A stretch of 63,916 nt of DNA, the filler included. It is 12 parts of 12 records of this genome, joined end to end, with 100 filler letters (N's around TTAATTAATTAA, not from the genome) between each part and the next. Parts side by side here need not be neighbours in the genome. Positions count along the whole stretch, not along the records: positions 60,898 to 63,916 come from SRR7504441_15443; 11 more parts are not named here. One strand, given 5' to 3'. The notes under the pieces are model-generated. The model was not told the origin of the DNA and made no database searches. It was given only the letters and a program-made list of their open reading frames with translations. Positions within the stretch are counted from its first letter, which is position 1, and every line of letters begins with the position of its first letter. Positions 60,898 to 63,916 of this stretch are shown piece by piece. The position numbers and the translations under genes were made by a program.

Positions 60898-63800
60898 TTC
60901 TCACTTGCGCCCTAAGGTAGTGTAGCACACCTGGAGTTCTGAGGCTGACGTTGCTTGGAATTCGATACCTGAAGCCGGCTAGGCACTTTTCAAGGGGTGC
61001 AATGACAGCTGTGCTGATAATCGTATTGGCCACAGCCACAAAAAGCGAATTGCCAATCAGTTCGTAGCCTTCTTCCTCAGGAACATTCCGCACAAACACG
61101 AAGGCGATAACTGGAGCAACCTGCCGCAAGTTCTACTTGCTACGATGCATGGCTTAGCTATGATTACAGTCTAAGTTACCGCGAGGCAGGCAAGTGGGAT
61201 TTGAGCCAGGTAATATATAGTGATTCTTATGACTGTTCCAACGAATGTCCAGTCGTCTTCAAAGTTTGTCCTCCACTCGGCGAAAGGAAGCGCACACGGT
61301 GAGTCACTTGCACCCAAGTCGGACAACAATCGAAGCAAGCTGTTCACCCTTCTTGTCCGATCCTTGAAATCACGATGCAAGCGCAACAACAGGGCACCAG
61401 TAGCTATGGATATTAGGCTCGCAAGAACTGCCCAGCAGTAGCCATACCTGTTATCCACAATAATCGAAGTCGTTGTCATATGAAGTACTGGCCCGATCTG
61501 TCCGCCGTAGGAGTCGTAGATCCCCTCACTGAAAAAGTTAAGGACCATCAGTGAAGCCGCGACCAGTGTGACTGCGAGCAGCTTCCACTTGTCGTACCAT
61601 GATCGCCAGAGCAAATGCACATGCGCGCCTTGCTCGATTGGACCGTCAGTGCCGTATGTGGGACCGGCCAGCACAGCCGGAAACAGGTAGAGTTGAATCT
61701 GCCACGAAGAGGTCTCGTCTTCAATTTGCTCGTCTGGCCATGTCACGCCAGACCCGCATCCAGTCGTCAATGACTTATGGCTTGATGCTTGCGCTGTGAT
61801 CCGGGTCATCCAATTCGATTCGAGGATTGGACTTTGGTGGCACGTCTCGCTGTTGGCAACAGGCGCCCCTGTCTCTGACAAGCAAGACTGTCCTAAGGTT
61901 GCTTCTGGCGTTGCTTCCTGTGATGATTGCATACATGCACAGATGAGCGCCAAAAGGATGGCAGCGATGTGTGAGAGCACGATTGCTGGTAAAACAACAT
62001 AGAAGGTCTGTTTCATGGCCGCCTCCCCTGAGAACGTGCCAAACTGGCCCTGCCGGATACGGTCCCGCTCAAGCAAAAGCCTAGTGCATCCCTCAGGTGC
62101 AGCTGAAGCCAGGGGCACACACCCAGCTTTGGTTGGTGGAAGCCGCGAGGCTTCTGTCTTCAGTTGTATGTTGCCAGAGAATACTAGAGCCATCTGCCAC
62201 CCGATAGTCAATCTAGCACTACTGACTCTCCAGCCTCACATTTTGGTACGTTACTACTTGGACATTGGAGAAAGGGTTGGAGCCCGTGAGCTGCATCTCT
62301 GATCGGGGCGTCGGAGCGTCAGTGGGTGGGTATGTGGGTGCAGGTGAGGGTGGGGGGGGAGGGTTGTCTTGCCACCAACTGTTCCACCAATTGGCGATAG
62401 TGTTATACCAACCGTTGACAGTCGGCTGTGGAGTAGGAGCTTTGGTGGGCGCCAGTGTCATACCAAAATTCACAGTCTCCGTCATATCGGCGGCAACAGC
62501 CAGCCCGAGCACCACCAAGGCAGTTTCACCTGGCTCAGTGAAGGTGCCAGTTGCCAGTTCATACGCAGAATCCATTGTTGCCGCGTTTCCCGAGAAGTAG
62601 TTACCCGCTAGGAGCAAAGTTGTTAGATTAGTAGCCTCATCCAATACTAAGGTTTGTCCTTGCAAGCGATTTCTAGCGAGAGATAGCGTTTTTAGCGATG
62701 TGATTCCGCCTCGACGCTGGCTGCCCCATGTGGATGGTATGCTACCTGCACAGCAAGGTAAAGCAGTTGTTAAATGAAAGTTGTTATTATTATGGCCCTA
62801 CCGCTAAGTTTCATCCCATTTGCAAGCAGAGCGGCCAAGCGCGGTGCGAGCTCCTTTGGCAGTGTCCCACTGATCTCTGTGTTGCTCGAGAGCGTCAGTA
62901 CAGTCAGTGCAGTCAGAGTCACTAGCATTGTGTCCGGGATGGTGCCTCGGAGACCTAGACACATCATCAAACGTCCACCCCTACAAATGCCGACTCACTG
63001 TTGGAATGGAGCAGAAGGGTGTGGAGGCTGGAGGCTCTAGAGAGCTGCTGCGGCAGGGTGCCTGTCGTCGATGTATTTTGCATCAGTACCGCTTCCAGAT
63101 TTGGGCTTTTCGCGATCAGGTCCAGGTTCCAGTTGAGATCTTTATTGCCAAACAACGAAAGATATTGCAGTGAAGTCCAGCACGAGAAGCCCTCCGGAAC
63201 CACACCCTCCAACCCCATACGATCCACCGTGAATGATCTGAGTGCAGTCAGAGACTGCATTGCGGCCGGCAATGAGCCACTGAGCCGATTTTGGCTTAGG
63301 ATAAAATCCTCCAGGCTTGTCAAGGACCCCATGGCGTCCGACAGGCTACCACTTAGCCGATTCTGGTTCGATATGATCCGCTGTAGTAAGGTGAGCGAGG
63401 CAAATGTATTACCAAGGGTGCCACTGAGTGCGTTCCAGTCCCAGGATAAATAGAGTAGGCCAGTGAGCAAGCCAAACTCGCTGCCGATTATGCCAGAGAT
63501 TGCGTTATGAGCAAGCTTAAGTCGATCCAGGGAGGTGAGCGAACCGACCCAGCTGCCGATTGTGCCAGAGAGCGAGTTGTGGTCCAAAAGTAAATTCTTG
63601 AGGAGCGTGAGTGATCCCAAGCTGGGGATAGTGCCGCTGAGTTCTCGCGGAGCGTCCACTCTCGAATCGAACCACCACAAATACTCCAGGTGGCTGAGCG
63701 AGCCAAGCGTGCGCGGGATGGTCCCACTCAGCGCCATCTCGTACAACATCAAGGAATTCAAGCTTGTGAGCGAGCCCAGGTTGTTGTGCACTGTGCCACT

Positions 63801-63916
63801 GAGTGAGTTGTCGAACAAATACAAATAATTCAACGCAGTCATTGCGGACAAATCGCTCGGGATGGTTCCTGACCTGCAACAGCCAGTGAGAAGGCAGCAG
63901 CCGGCAGGCCGCACAG
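60898..63916 (-). CDS. Leucine-rich-repeat protein with Pro/Thr stalk and multiple TM segments, partial at both ends
   Basis: 24-aa plant-type LRRs (LSGTIPxxLGSLTxLxxLxLxxNx), PTKAPT/PTYPPTDAPT stalk, several hydrophobic helices between ~62000 and 60950, short introns. Confidence 0.8.

Overview
This is not one locus. It is 12 unrelated contigs joined by 100-nt artificial spacers (N-run + TTAATTAATTAA + N-run). The DNA is from a gene-dense eukaryote, probably a non-model protist MAG or SAG. Most genes carry many tiny GT-AG introns (about 38-50 nt), several have GC-AG introns, and head-to-head gene pairs are separated by only about 35-75 nt. The main item is contig 1 (1-11194, minus strand), a partial >3,700-aa AT-less (trans-AT-like) hybrid PKS-NRPS: KS-ER-KR*-ACP-C-A-[duplicated A-subdomain interrupted by a flavin monooxygenase]-ACP-KS-DH. 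Its 3' half (6247 down to 2) is missing from the supplied ORF track because it runs off the window edge without a stop. Other genes: sphingosine-1-phosphate lyase, Mpv17, PTS2-bearing enoyl-CoA hydratase, DNase II with a Cys-rich tail, Sec24C/D, a CUE-BTB-ankyrin protein, KatG, ALDH, a J-protein, a PATROL1/Munc13-like DUF810 protein, a giant Cys-repeat/IPT/ShK surface protein, TPR-SET, NIPA, TPR-methyltransferase, histidine phosphatase, a dynamin-related protein and an LRR multi-TM protein. Non-coding signals: a Myb-type TAACGG/CCGTTA motif recurring just upstream of many start codons, a 14-bp palindrome shared by two 3' intergenic regions, and related low-complexity intron inserts, one flanked by a 27-bp duplication. 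All family calls come from manual translation and motif recognition. No database searches were run.
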